A stretch of 64,000 bases of DNA from the NCBI GenBank assembly GCA_019058245.1, contig JAHPZJ010000025.1, positions 28,408-92,407 on the forward strand. Direction: 5' to 3'. The DNA is from Promethearchaeota archaeon (GTDB taxonomy: Archaea; Asgardarchaeota; Lokiarchaeia; Sigyniarchaeales; SOKP01). Of the stretch, positions 20,660 through 31,619 are shown piece after piece. The translations under genes were made by a program, and so were the position numbers. The notes under the pieces are model-generated. The model saw only the letters and a list, made by a program, of their open reading frames with translations. It searched no databases and was not told the DNA's origin. Position 1 is the stretch's first letter, and the number at the start of each line of letters is the position of its first letter.

Positions 20660-20897
20660 AGAAATTTCACCTTTTGAACTTGAGAAGAATTAAAATAATG
20701 ACGCTTTGAGTTAATATACTTATTTTCTGATTAAAATTAAATTGAATTATTAATCAGCTATTTTATTAATAAATTTTAAGAGAATGCTAATTTTCTACAG
20801 TGTCTTCATATAAATAAAAAATGTTTTTTTGTTAATAATAAATGATTTAATTTAATTTTTCAATACTTATTATAATTGCATTTCAGATGGTAGGATA

Positions 20898-22688
20898 TTG
20901 AAAACCGATAATTTAAACGAAAAAATTATTCTTATCCAAGAATTGGTTAATTCTGGTATTAATGTAACTCCTTCAATTATGGATTTTCTTCAAAATCTAG
21001 AGGATCCTTTAAAGAAGATTAAATTTATTATTAAAAATATTAGTTTTTTGCCCGATTTTAATAGCCATCTTACTCTGGATGTTTTACAAAAAATAACAGA
21101 TGAGGAATTGCAAAACGAATTACAAAAAGTGTTCCTCAAAAAAATTGATTCAAAAATTTTACAGGATAAAGAAGAATCGGTTGAAAGTGCTAAATTAACA
21201 GATTCGCCGAAAGTAATAAACCCTGCAAAATCAAAACCGAAAATTATTACAAATTCCACTGATATAACTCAACTTGAAAATCAATTAGAAAATCAAGAAG
21301 ATTCTTTAATCTTAAAAAAATCTCAAATGAAAACACCACTATTCCCAATAAAGACTAATTCTAAAGTAAGAACTTTTGAAGGATCAAAATCGACTCTTAA
21401 ATTTAAACCAATAGCAAAAGAGTATGATTCTAATTTTAAGATTTTAAAAGATCCTACAGGTAAACTATACACAAATGGAGATTATGAAGATTTTTATAAT
21501 CTAACCCTTGACAAGTTTAAACGACTTCGGAATTTAATGAGAAAAAAACCAGAGGTTCTTTCTGCAAATAATATAAATAATATCTTAAGGTTAACTAATA
21601 AAGTAGAAGTTTCTGTGATCGGGTTGGTTAATGAAATTCGGGAGACTAAAAATCAAAATTGTTTTCTTACAATTGAAGATTTGACGGGTTCAGTTAATGT
21701 TATAGTACGAAAGGACTCAGAGAATCAAGAAAATATACAATTGACTAATAAAATAATTAATGATCAAATGGTTTATATTGAAGGAACTTACAATCCTAGC
21801 GAAAGGGGAAGGAGTGGAATCATTTACTGCAACTATATCTCTAAAATTGATATTCCAAAAAATTATGAACCAAATAAGGCGTTAGATCCATTATCTATTG
21901 TTTTAATTTCAGATACTCACATTGGGAGCAAAGAATTTGAAGAAAAATTATGGAATCGATTTATTAATTTTCTAAATGGGAAAATAGGAAACCAACATCA
22001 GAGAGAAAGAGCAGGTAGAATTAAATATATAGTAATTAATGGTGATCTTGTTGATGGAATTGGTGTATATCCAACCCAAAAAAGTGATCTTATCATATCT
22101 GATATATATGACCAATTCAAAGAAGCAGCAAAAATTATTTCAGGAATCCCTGATCACATCAAAATATTTTATAGTTCAGGAAATCATGAACCTGTAAGAA
22201 ATGCAATTCCAAGACCATCAGTTCCAAAGAAATATTCCATTGATCTTTTAAATCAGGAAGTTATTTGTGTAGGGAATCCCTCCATGATTCAAACGCACAA
22301 CGTTAATACATTAGTTTTTCATGGTGATAGTATGCTCGATCTAAATATGCTAATTCCTGGTTTGGAAAACAATAAACCAGTAGAAACAATGAAAGAGTTA
22401 TTAGTATGTCGGCATTTGGCTCCAATCTATGGGAAAAAAACACAAATAGCCCCTCTAGATAGAGATTGGCTCGTAATAGATAAGATCCCTGATGTTTTTC
22501 ATACAGGTCATATACATATAAATGGTATGGGATCATATAGTAATATTTTGTTAGCAAATTCAGGATGTTTCCAAAGTCAGACAGATTTTATGAACTCTTT
22601 AGGTATTAAACCTACGCCGGGAATTTTATCAATAATTGATTTAGATACTCTAAAAGGAACACAATTAGACTTAAAAAGTAATATTTAA
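20898..22688 (+). CDS. DNA polymerase D small subunit DP1 (proofreading exonuclease)
   Basis: OB fold (IEDLTG) and calcineurin-like motifs SDTHIGS, GDLVDG, GNHE, HG and GHIH. Confidence 0.96.
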   Translation: MKTDNLNEKIILIQELVNSGINVTPSIMDFLQNLEDPLKKIKFIIKNISFLPDFNSHLTLDVLQKITDEELQNELQKVFLKKIDSKILQDKEESVESAKLTDSPKVINPAKSKPKIITNSTDITQLENQLENQEDSLILKKSQMKTPLFPIKTNSKVRTFEGSKSTLKFKPIAKEYDSNFKILKDPTGKLYTNGDYEDFYNLTLDKFKRLRNLMRKKPEVLSANNINNILRLTNKVEVSVIGLVNEIRETKNQNCFLTIEDLTGSVNVIVRKDSENQENIQLTNKIINDQMVYIEGTYNPSERGRSGIIYCNYISKIDIPKNYEPNKALDPLSIVLISDTHIGSKEFEEKLWNRFINFLNGKIGNQHQRERAGRIKYIVINGDLVDGIGVYPTQKSDLIISDIYDQFKEAAKIISGIPDHIKIFYSSGNHEPVRNAIPRPSVPKKYSIDLLNQEVICVGNPSMIQTHNVNTLVFHGDSMLDLNMLIPGLENNKPVETMKELLVCRHLAPIYGKKTQIAPLDRDWLVIDKIPDVFHTGHIHINGMGSYSNILLANSGCFQSQTDFMNSLGIKPTPGILSIIDLDTLKGTQLDLKSNI

Positions 22689-22709
22689 TTATTCATCTTA
22701 AATATTTAA

Positions 22710-23411
22710 ATGAACAATAAAGACATTATGAAGTTTTCAATTCCTCGTAATGATAATTCAGAAATGCTCCTGTATATTTGGAAAATAATTGATCTTCCAA
22801 GCATCTCACAAAATGATTTGTTATATAAAATTTCATTTGATTTATTCCTTTATACTCCTGATGAAGCAATTGAATTCATTGAAGCATGCATCCAAAATAA
22901 ACTGCTTGAAAAAGATAACGATAAATATCTTAAATTATCAAAAAATTTGAGCCAAAAGTTGCAAACATGGCAAATAAAAAGGAAAAATTCAATTTTACAA
23001 AAAATAAGTGCCACTAAGGAAATTATTCAATTACAGGATAATATTGATAACAAAAAAACTACGAACTTCAATGTTTTAATCAATAGATTCACCGATAAAG
23101 GAACCTTGAATAGATCTGTCTCTATATCTGATGCCGCATTTGAAGAATTAGAATATGATAGTACAAAAGGCATTATTAAATCAAAAGTCAAAGGTTCAAA
23201 GGAAGAACCATACATAATAGAAATAAATACTAATAACAAAACTCTAACGCATAACTGCCACGATTTTGAGACAAGAAGAGCCGATAACAAAAAATTTTGT
23301 AAACATATAACAAAATTGTTTTTATTATTAAAAAATAAAAATAAGAATACCGCAGAATTCTTTCTTAACAATATTGCAGAAAATATAGATAAATGGGATT
23401 TTTCTGCTTAA
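22710..23411 (+). CDS. DUF2240-like N-terminal domain + SWIM-type Zn finger
   Basis: ISFDLFLYTPDEA..IE....LL at the N-terminus; VKGS...Y...HNCHDF...FCKH at the C-terminus. Confidence 0.7.
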   Translation: MNNKDIMKFSIPRNDNSEMLLYIWKIIDLPSISQNDLLYKISFDLFLYTPDEAIEFIEACIQNKLLEKDNDKYLKLSKNLSQKLQTWQIKRKNSILQKISATKEIIQLQDNIDNKKTTNFNVLINRFTDKGTLNRSVSISDAAFEELEYDSTKGIIKSKVKGSKEEPYIIEINTNNKTLTHNCHDFETRRADNKKFCKHITKLFLLLKNKNKNTAEFFLNNIAENIDKWDFSA

Positions 23412-24715
23412 ACTAACTTCTTGAATATATTATTTTTTAATTTAATCTTGTCTGATTGAATTAAAACTGGTTTATGATTCAAGATAATTTTAATTTTATC
23501 TATTTCCAATAGGCATTTTTCAAGAAGCTCAATTTCAATATCTAATTTAATAATCTTGGTTCTTCCATAATGTCCCATAGATTTAACCTCAGCAGAGATT
23601 ATTCCTGCTAACGTTAATTCATTGATATAATCACTTATTCTTCTTTTAGTTAGTTGCCTAATTCCAGGTAATAATCCTCTTATTTCTGAATACACATCAT
23701 ATATATCACCAGAAATGATAATGTGTTCAGGACTAAACTTTAATATTAAATAAAGGGATGTCAAAACCAATTGTGCCTGAAATGGCATACCTTTTATATA
23801 TTCAATGATGTAATCGTTTTCTAAATCTCCTTGGGCGTTCTCTACATGCTTAGCTGTTACTTGTTTATTTTGAGCTCTTTCAGCTAATTCACCTGCCTTT
23901 CTTAACAATTGAAGTGCTTTTCGAGCATCTCCATGTTCCTTAGCAGCAAGAGCAGCGCATAATGGAATGACCTCCTCCTTTAAAACACCTTCTTGAAAAG
24001 CAATTTTAGCCCTTTCAGTTAAAATATCTCTTAATTCACTAGCATCATAGGAAGGAAATACTATATGTTCTTCTCCCAAACTTGATATTATTCTTGGATC
24101 CAAAGTCTCTCGAAATTTCAATTTATTTGAAATTCCTATTATACTGGTTTTGCAGTTATCTAAATTCTCATTTAATCTAGTCAAGTCATATAAGATTTCA
24201 TTTCCCCCTTTTTTACCTACCAATATATCTATTTCATCCAAAACTAAAAAACAAATTGAATTGCCAACTTTAGAATCTAATAATCCTAGCAATTTTTTAA
24301 ATATAATATCTTTAGGCAAACCTGTAGGTGGAATCTTCTCGCTTCTCGATATTGTATTATAGATATGAGCTAAAATACGATATGGAGTTGACACTACATT
24401 ACAGTTAATATAAATCCACCATGGTTTAATTCTTGAACTTTGTTGAGCTAATTTTTGACTCACATATCTTATAGTTGCTGTTTTCCCCGTACCTGTCATT
24501 CCATAACATAGAAAACTTGGTGGAGTATCGCCTAATAAAGCACATGCTGTTTTTTCGGCAATATTCTTTATCTGAGAATCACGATGAGGTAGATCTTCGG
24601 GAATATATGAAGATTCTAAAGCATCTCTATTATTAAAAATTCTTGGTCCTTTGAGATAGTTTTTGTAAAATTTCTCGATATTAAATTGATAATTATTATT
24701 TTGATTCTTCAACAA
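23408..24715 (-). CDS. cdc6: Orc1/Cdc6 replication initiator
   Basis: LPHRD, GMTGTGKT, LDEID, LDPRIISSL, HGDARKA and C-terminal wHTH (GRTK). Confidence 0.96.
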   Translation of the reverse strand: MLKNQNNNYQFNIEKFYKNYLKGPRIFNNRDALESSYIPEDLPHRDSQIKNIAEKTACALLGDTPPSFLCYGMTGTGKTATIRYVSQKLAQQSSRIKPWWIYINCNVVSTPYRILAHIYNTISRSEKIPPTGLPKDIIFKKLLGLLDSKVGNSICFLVLDEIDILVGKKGGNEILYDLTRLNENLDNCKTSIIGISNKLKFRETLDPRIISSLGEEHIVFPSYDASELRDILTERAKIAFQEGVLKEEVIPLCAALAAKEHGDARKALQLLRKAGELAERAQNKQVTAKHVENAQGDLENDYIIEYIKGMPFQAQLVLTSLYLILKFSPEHIIISGDIYDVYSEIRGLLPGIRQLTKRRISDYINELTLAGIISAEVKSMGHYGRTKIIKLDIEIELLEKCLLEIDKIKIILNHKPVLIQSDKIKLKNNIFKKLV

Positions 24716-25037
24716 TTATAGCACCATTATTTTATTAGTAGATATATTTACTCTCGAAATTTTCGAATATATACTGTATCTCAATTGCATATTTAAAATT
24801 AATTATTAATCTAAAAAATGTTAAAGCTTTAATACATAAATTAGACGAACCTTTTCAATAATTTATATTATTATTGTCGGTATTTTAAAAGAATGTTATT
24901 TATCAAGCAATATTTATTAAATCCCTATTAATATATTGATTTTTCAATTAAAAAAAGTTTAATTTAATTAACTACTTGTTTAATTATTATTTTTTCTTAA
25001 TCTATAGGAAATTATACCGTTACCAACTGAAAACAAA

Positions 25038-25790
25038 TTGACAATTATAGAAAAAAATAATAAAAGAATAGCTTTTATTTTAGCAATAACATTCGCATGT
25101 CTGATTTTGACTAGCTTTTTGGTAATAACTTTTATATTCAATTGGGCAGATTGGATTGCTCTATTAATATTTAGTCTCTTATTGATTGTTCCCGCATATA
25201 TTTCAAATGCTTCAATGGTTATTACAGGCGGAGGTAAACCAATTGATGGGGGTAAAAATTTTCGAGATGGTAGGAGAATTTTAGGGGATCATAAAACTTG
25301 GAATGGATTAAAAGGACCACTGTATATCGGAATTCCAATATCTCTTTTCATTTTCATTCTTTTTATCATATTTTGGGTACCAATAAATGATTTAATAAGT
25401 GATGGTATTGCTCGAGATCAATATTCGATTTATAATAACATCGAGATTTTTCAATACTATTTTATCGGTGGACAATTTCCAATAAACTTTCTTGTTTTAA
25501 TTATAAGAATCGTACTAGCATCATATGGAGCTGTAATAGGAGATTTGATTGGTTCATTTCTAAAGAGGAGATTTGATATAAAAAGTGGAGCCCCTTTTTG
25601 GGTTATAGATCAATTAGATTTCGCAATAGTAGCTTTATTATTTGTTTCAATCCCAGGATTTATCCTTCCGAATACCTTTTTACTTCCTGATATTTTTATC
25701 GTTACTTTTTTGATTATTTTAACCCCAGCGGTTAGTGTTATAGCAAATACAGTCGCATACGTCATCGGATTAAAAGATGTACCTTGGTAA
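25038..25790 (+). CDS. carS: CDP-archaeol synthase
   Basis: PAYISN, PIDGG..F.DGRRILGDHKTW, GDLIGSFLKRR, DQLDF and C-terminal KDVPW. Confidence 0.93.
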   Translation: MTIIEKNNKRIAFILAITFACLILTSFLVITFIFNWADWIALLIFSLLLIVPAYISNASMVITGGGKPIDGGKNFRDGRRILGDHKTWNGLKGPLYIGIPISLFIFILFIIFWVPINDLISDGIARDQYSIYNNIEIFQYYFIGGQFPINFLVLIIRIVLASYGAVIGDLIGSFLKRRFDIKSGAPFWVIDQLDFAIVALLFVSIPGFILPNTFLLPDIFIVTFLIILTPAVSVIANTVAYVIGLKDVPW

Positions 25791-25807
25791 AGATGTAGAA
25801 ATTGAAC

Positions 25808-26308
25808 CTATTGCTTGAACTTACATTTTATTTGCAAAGGGGTACTATTATTTTCAAATACGACATATTTTTCAAAAATATAATTTACGGCTCTAATATA
25901 ATCCCCATTACGACCGATAGCAATTCCTCTTTCATTATAAAATTGAAAATAAATAGATATTTCCCTTGAATCCGTTATATCATTAACCTCAATTTTTATA
26001 TCTTTAATATTTAAATCAGGAAAAAAACTAAAAAGAAGATTAATAAGAGTATTCTCTATTCTTATAATAATTATCTTTCTTCCAGCAATTTGCCTTCTCA
26101 TTGAATTTAAATGCATTTGAGAGCTAAAGTAATCGTTTTTTTTAACAAAAAAGAAGATATACTGATTAATTACCAAAATAAATTCTGGATAGATTCCTTC
26201 TGTTTTTTGTGCGAAATATTCACGTAATTTCAATTCGAAATTTGAATATTTTTTTATAAATGATAACATTTGATATAAAATCAAATCTTCCGCTATCGTG
26301 TAGAACAT
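25808..26308 (-). CDS. NusA-like KH-domain protein
   Basis: RGIAIGRNGDYIRAV KH GxxG loop; size matches archaeal NusA. Confidence 0.7.
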   Translation of the reverse strand: MFYTIAEDLILYQMLSFIKKYSNFELKLREYFAQKTEGIYPEFILVINQYIFFFVKKNDYFSSQMHLNSMRRQIAGRKIIIIRIENTLINLLFSFFPDLNIKDIKIEVNDITDSREISIYFQFYNERGIAIGRNGDYIRAVNYIFEKYVVFENNSTPLQIKCKFKQ

Positions 26309-26424
26309 ACTTTGATTTTTTCTATTATCAATTTAAAGTACTAAGAATTTTATATACTTACATAATTGATATAAAATATATTTTATAATATACAAAAAAA
26401 AATCCTCATTAGGAGTATCTAAAT

Positions 26425-26862
26425 ATGAAAAAATTTGGGTATAGATTCCTTGATCACACTGCTGATGTTTCAGTCGAAAGTTGGGGTACAAGTTTAGAAG
26501 AAGCTTTTGAACAAACTGCATATAGCTTAATGGAAACAATAACTCCAAATTTAAAATTAATATCTCCTGTTAATCACAAAACCATTAAAATTGAAGCAGA
26601 GGATAAAGAAGCTCTACTTTTTGATTTTCTATCAGAATTTCTCTATATATTTGATGTAGAACAGTTAGTTTTTAATGATATAAAAGTCCACAAAATAGAA
26701 AAAGGTCAAAAAAAATTTCAATTAGTCGCAAAAATTAAAGGAGAAATGTTTGATAAAAAAAAACATGAAATAGGTTGTGAGGTAAAGGCTATCACTTATT
26801 CTTTTATGAATATAGAAGAAAAAAAGGATCAAGTTAAAATTAATATTGTTTTTGATATCTAA
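26425..26862 (+). CDS. Archease
   Basis: FLDHTADV, EVKAITY and C-terminal VFDI. Confidence 0.96.
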   Translation: MKKFGYRFLDHTADVSVESWGTSLEEAFEQTAYSLMETITPNLKLISPVNHKTIKIEAEDKEALLFDFLSEFLYIFDVEQLVFNDIKVHKIEKGQKKFQLVAKIKGEMFDKKKHEIGCEVKAITYSFMNIEEKKDQVKINIVFDI

Positions 26863-26929
26863 TATAATAAATGAATAAGATACGCTATTTCAATAATTTA
26901 AATAAAATAAAAAGGTTATAAAAGTTAAT

Positions 26930-28402
26930 TTAACCTTTCACTACACCAATAGGAACAAATCTCACTACTTTTTCAACAATTCCAAGATCATGGCTAACTT
27001 GAACAACTTGATCTATATCCTTATAAGCACCAGGAGCCTCTTCAGCAATAACTTTCATCGCAGCAGCTCGAATTATGATACCTTTTTTGCTTAAATCCTC
27101 TTTAACACGTTCTCCCCAGTACTTCTTTGTTGCTTTTGATCTTGACATTACCCTTCCTGAACCATGAGCTGTCGAACCAAAAGAAAGATCCATGGCCTTT
27201 GGTTTACCAACACATAAATAAGAAGCAGAACCCATAGTTCCTGGAATTAAAGCTGGCTGTCCTATTGATTTATAATCATTTGGCAAAGCTGGATGTTCAG
27301 GAGGAAAAGCTCTTGTTGCACCTTTTCTATGAACATTCAATTTCATTTTCTTACCATTTACTTCATGCTCCTCTATTTTTAATATATTATGGCAAACTCC
27401 ATAAATTAAATGCATATCTAAATCATCAAAATCCTTTTTAAATGTATTTTGAAAGGATTCTCTTAACCAGTGAGTAATAAGTTGACGATTTGTGAACCCA
27501 AAATTTGCAGCACAACCCATTTGTTTCAAATAATTCTGGGCTTCTGGTGTGTCAGCCGGTACACAAGCTAACTCTCTATCTGGTACCTTAATATCATATT
27601 TCTTCATCGCTTGTTCGATATTGCGTAATGAATCAGTACACACTTGATGTCCAAGAGCTCTACTCCCTGTATGTACCATAACTGTAATTTGATCCTTTCT
27701 ATTTATACCTAAAGCTTTTGCAATAGTCTCATTGTAAATTTTATCAACTTTCTGAATTTCCAAAAAATGATTCCCACTCCCTAACGATCCTAGTTGTTTA
27801 ATAGCTCGCTGTTTTGCTTTTTGGGAAACTAAACTCGCATCAGCATCTTTTAAACATCCATTCTCCTCTAAATGTGTAAGATCCTCTTCAATAGCATAGT
27901 CATTTTCTATTGCCCAATTCACACCATTGTTTAGAACATCATCTAAATCTGAAAAACTTATATTTAGCTTACCTTTTGAACCTAATCCTGAAGGGATATT
28001 GTTAAAAATACTATCCAAGAGAGTTGGCAGCACACCCTTAACATCGCTAAGGGTTAAATTCGATCGAAGCAGACGAACCCCACAATTTATATCATATCCT
28101 ACTCCACCTGGAGAAATCATCCCACTCTCTGCATCTGTCCCTGCAACACCTCCAATACAAAATCCATATCCCTGGTGAGCATCCGAAAGAGCAATCGCAT
28201 GCTTCTCTATCCCTGGTAAACACGCTACATTGCAAATTTGATCTATTGTACGATCTAATCGAATCTTTTCTAATATATATTCATTCGCATAAATCTTCAC
28301 CGGAACCCTCATCTCAAATTTCTCAATTATCCCTTTAGTCCTTGCCATCAACGTCTTTGGAGGAATCTCGTAGATATTGTCTGCTATTTTATTTACATTC
28401 AT
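26930..28402 (-). CDS. rtcB: tRNA-splicing ligase RtcB
   Basis: DAHQGYGFCIGG, VGYDINCG, GSGNHF, HTGSR, HRKGA, STAHGSGR and EEAPGAYK. Confidence 0.98.
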   Translation of the reverse strand: MNVNKIADNIYEIPPKTLMARTKGIIEKFEMRVPVKIYANEYILEKIRLDRTIDQICNVACLPGIEKHAIALSDAHQGYGFCIGGVAGTDAESGMISPGGVGYDINCGVRLLRSNLTLSDVKGVLPTLLDSIFNNIPSGLGSKGKLNISFSDLDDVLNNGVNWAIENDYAIEEDLTHLEENGCLKDADASLVSQKAKQRAIKQLGSLGSGNHFLEIQKVDKIYNETIAKALGINRKDQITVMVHTGSRALGHQVCTDSLRNIEQAMKKYDIKVPDRELACVPADTPEAQNYLKQMGCAANFGFTNRQLITHWLRESFQNTFKKDFDDLDMHLIYGVCHNILKIEEHEVNGKKMKLNVHRKGATRAFPPEHPALPNDYKSIGQPALIPGTMGSASYLCVGKPKAMDLSFGSTAHGSGRVMSRSKATKKYWGERVKEDLSKKGIIIRAAAMKVIAEEAPGAYKDIDQVVQVSHDLGIVEKVVRFVPIGVVKG

Positions 28403-28511
28403 CTTAAATTTATTAAGAAAACAGTTTTCAAAAAGATTTTCATTTAATCCTATAGGATTTAAAGAATTATGATAATAAATAAAAAAAGCAAAAAATAATG
28501 AATATAAACCT

Positions 28512-29243
28512 TTATTTAATTTCTATATAAGAAACTAAGCCTAAATTGTCTAAAGCGCCAATTATTCGCTGAATCTCTGTCTCTGGCTGTCCTGATTCCT
28601 CCGCAATCTCCGATATTGTGTGAAAACCATCTGCTAAATGCGCGATCTTGAACTCTTTCTTATCCAAAATACCTTGCGTTATCACCTGAGTTGGCAATCT
28701 TTTTAACGTCCATTCTGGCTTCTGATCTCTTACCACACGTAAATCATCCTCAGACAGTATCAAGCCCTTCTTTGATATCTGTTTCTGGGTTTTTTGAAAA
28801 TCCTTCTTGAATATCTTTAAAATTGGTAACTTCAGCTGGATCTCGGCTAGTTTACCAACCTCTAAAATCTCATCAATCACCTTATCAAAATCGCGAAAAA
28901 TACGAACATCTCCAGACCACGCTTCGAGCTTATCTCCAAACTCCTCGACAAATTGATCTATAATATCTGTCAGGGCTTTATGCGTAATTTTAGCATCGTC
29001 ATTTTTATCAGCAGCGGCGGTTATTAGCACTCCCTCCTTAAAGACTAAAAGTAAATAAAATACTTGCATATCTATTACTTTAAGTTCTCCACTTCCTTTT
29101 GAGAACTCTACAGAAAAATCTTTAAGTGCTGTTAAAAAACCGCTTACTAAATCCTGATTAAACTCGATACTCCCATATTTACGATGGATTAAGCAGATTC
29201 CCGTATTCTGATGGATTAAGTAGACATTATGGAGCAGATTCAT
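28512..29243 (-). CDS. Longin-like domain + C-terminal winged helix
   Basis: VYLIHQNTGICL...DLVSGFLTALKDFS longin pattern; LADGFHTISEIAEE...LDNLGLV wHTH. Confidence 0.75.
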   Translation of the reverse strand: MNLLHNVYLIHQNTGICLIHRKYGSIEFNQDLVSGFLTALKDFSVEFSKGSGELKVIDMQVFYLLLVFKEGVLITAAADKNDDAKITHKALTDIIDQFVEEFGDKLEAWSGDVRIFRDFDKVIDEILEVGKLAEIQLKLPILKIFKKDFQKTQKQISKKGLILSEDDLRVVRDQKPEWTLKRLPTQVITQGILDKKEFKIAHLADGFHTISEIAEESGQPETEIQRIIGALDNLGLVSYIEIK

Positions 29244-29700
29244 TTACCTCCTTGACTTAATTGGGAAATTGGATAAATATATTCACACATTTAAACACAC
29301 GATTTACATTTTATGTATTTTAAAAATTTTATTTTAGTTATATTAAAAATATATATTCTTTATAATTTATAGTAATACTCCGTATATTTATAATTACTTC
29401 ATCTAAAGTTGTTGGAATATGGTCGTTTAACCCGCTTTTTTTTTCACTATTCACCATATTATGGTGAAGAATAATAATGTTGATTGTAGTATTTTTTCAC
29501 AGTTTCACTTAGTATGGCAGGGTTTTCCTTTATTTTTTGATAATTTAATATTATTAGTAAATTGACTCTAAAATATAAAAGGGATTGGAATGATTTTGAA
29601 GTTTTTTTTGTATATTAGTATTATAATTAAATTAAATCAAATAATTGAATAGTTGAAAAGTAATTTTGTAATTATTATAAAAAAGAAAAAAAAAATAATA

Positions 29701-30450
29701 TTATCTAATTTCTGAACCACATAAAGCACAGAACTTTGCTAGTTCAGATACTTTGGCTCCACAATTTGGGCAAAAATTAATTTTTCTTTCAGGGTTTATT
29801 ATTTGTTGAGGATCATGTAAATTTGCTTGCAGTTCTGAAAGTTCTGGAGTGTCAATAGTCGATAATTTGTTTAATATCGCTAGATTAAAATATCCTTTAA
29901 TTTGATAGATAAATCCGATGATTGCTGGTACAATTAAAAACCATAATGAACTTAAGAGTGTACCTTTTTTTAGTTTATCGCACCCCATAATTGCTTCTTC
30001 AGATATATTAGCTGGAAACATCTTAAAGTTATTCTCAAAAAATAATTTCAGATTTTTCCATGCTTTCATTTCAGCTGCCACGCCTACATATATGAACACT
30101 ATACCCGAAATCATAAGAATTATAGGTACAGAGAGCGAGATATAGATAGGTAATGAGGAAGAGATAAAGAAAAGTAAAGCTATGTTAACGCCTCCGATAA
30201 TCAAGACAACCATACCACATATTCTTGATATAAAACCCTTGATATATTTTGAGCGAAAATTATGTAACAACGGGTTATTTAAGGCATAATTTGCTCTTTT
30301 AAGACTTTTTATTGCAACAAAAATAAGAATCATTGCAACAAAACCAGCCATTCCTGTGATAATGCTTACAATGGTTAAAATTGCCACAACTTGAATATAT
30401 TTTCCAAAATCATGGAATTCTTTATTAATACCTATGTTTATATTTGACAT
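29701..30450 (-). CDS. Membrane protein with C-terminal double Zn ribbon
   Basis: Several TM segments; FCPNCG...FCALCG. Confidence 0.8.
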   Translation of the reverse strand: MSNINIGINKEFHDFGKYIQVVAILTIVSIITGMAGFVAMILIFVAIKSLKRANYALNNPLLHNFRSKYIKGFISRICGMVVLIIGGVNIALLFFISSSLPIYISLSVPIILMISGIVFIYVGVAAEMKAWKNLKLFFENNFKMFPANISEEAIMGCDKLKKGTLLSSLWFLIVPAIIGFIYQIKGYFNLAILNKLSTIDTPELSELQANLHDPQQIINPERKINFCPNCGAKVSELAKFCALCGSEIR

Positions 30451-30617
30451 TTTTTTTTCTAATTTGATATTTTGGTAATTGATATAGTCTTCTCAAAAAT
30501 AATTGATTAAAGAACGGGAGTCCATTAATTGTGAATTGAAATAGAATCCCAATACAAGCTTTAAGAAGGGTATAGAATGTACTAAATGAGGTTTTTTCTT
30601 TTCTCCTCTATTGATAA

Positions 30618-31619
30618 TTAGTCTTTATGCATATTTTTGATTTCTTCTAAAGGGAGTATCTGGCGAGGTTCATGTACAACAAGACCTTGAGCATATTTTC
30701 TTAAGATTGAAATTATACTTAAAAACTCCGATTTTTTTATTATAGTATTTATGGCGTACCATCCTTCAGAATCTGCCCCAGCTAATTTAGAAATTGTAGG
30801 ACGCTTTAATGCGGGAAGCGTTTTTAATATTTTATCTAAGTTCTCTTCTCTGACATTTAAAAATACATGAAGAGATTTTGAAGCTTTTATAACACCTTTT
30901 AATAAAACCAAAATATCTTTAATTTTCTCTCTTTTCCATTCATCTTTCAAGGCATTTTTGTTTGCTATTAGAACAGCAGTAGAGGTATCAATAACATCAA
31001 TAATTTTTAGATTATTAGCTTTAATAGTTGATCCTGTAGCGGTGTTATCAATTATAACATCTACTTCTTCTGGAGGTTTGGCTTCAGTTGCTCCAAATGA
31101 TAAAAATATCTTAATTTTATCATTTTTTCCCCATTTTCTCCAAGGAGTAATTATAAGAGGATTAACATCACCATAAAGTTTCTTATATGTTTTATTATTC
31201 TTAATGTAATCTAAAGAAAGAGTTAGATATTCAGTTGAAATTCTTAGAACCTTCTTATCGTCATAGAATTTTTGGAGTACGTCATCTAAAGAATTGATGT
31301 GTTCCCAATCATTAGGAATACAAAACACAATTGAAACACCACCTATTTCTAAATCTAGTAATACTTCCACATCGGCGTTAGTTTCTTTAACCCAATCTTT
31401 ACCTGATATTCCTAAATCAAATTCATTTTCACCAATTAAATAATTAGGAATTTCTTGAGGACGTAATAATTTAATATAAATTTCTGAATCTTTTACAGAT
31501 GGTCTATAATCTCTTTTTGAAGAAAATGTTAGCTTTAATCCAGCTCTTTCAAAAAAGGAGGCAACCTCATCATGAAGGCTTCCTTTAGGAAGTGTGATTT
31601 TTAATTTTTTATTATTCAT
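30618..31619 (-). CDS. hisG: ATP phosphoribosyltransferase (long form)
   Basis: LPKGSL, RPQEIP, DLGISGKDW, SFGATE, TGSTIKAN and C-terminal regulatory domain (PTIS). Confidence 0.95.
   Translation of the reverse strand: MNNKKLKITLPKGSLHDEVASFFERAGLKLTFSSKRDYRPSVKDSEIYIKLLRPQEIPNYLIGENEFDLGISGKDWVKETNADVEVLLDLEIGGVSIVFCIPNDWEHINSLDDVLQKFYDDKKVLRISTEYLTLSLDYIKNNKTYKKLYGDVNPLIITPWRKWGKNDKIKIFLSFGATEAKPPEEVDVIIDNTATGSTIKANNLKIIDVIDTSTAVLIANKNALKDEWKREKIKDILVLLKGVIKASKSLHVFLNVREENLDKILKTLPALKRPTISKLAGADSEGWYAINTIIKKSEFLSIISILRKYAQGLVVHEPRQILPLEEIKNMHKD

Noticed and set aside
24716-25037. Replication origin upstream of cdc6
   Set aside because: AT-rich with a short TCGAAATTTTCGA palindrome, but no recognisable repeated ORB/mini-ORB boxes.
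17138-28402. Inteins in DP2, Cdc6 or RtcB
   Set aside because: Protein lengths are normal and the usual insertion motifs (RRNCDGDED, Walker A, DINCG) are uninterrupted.
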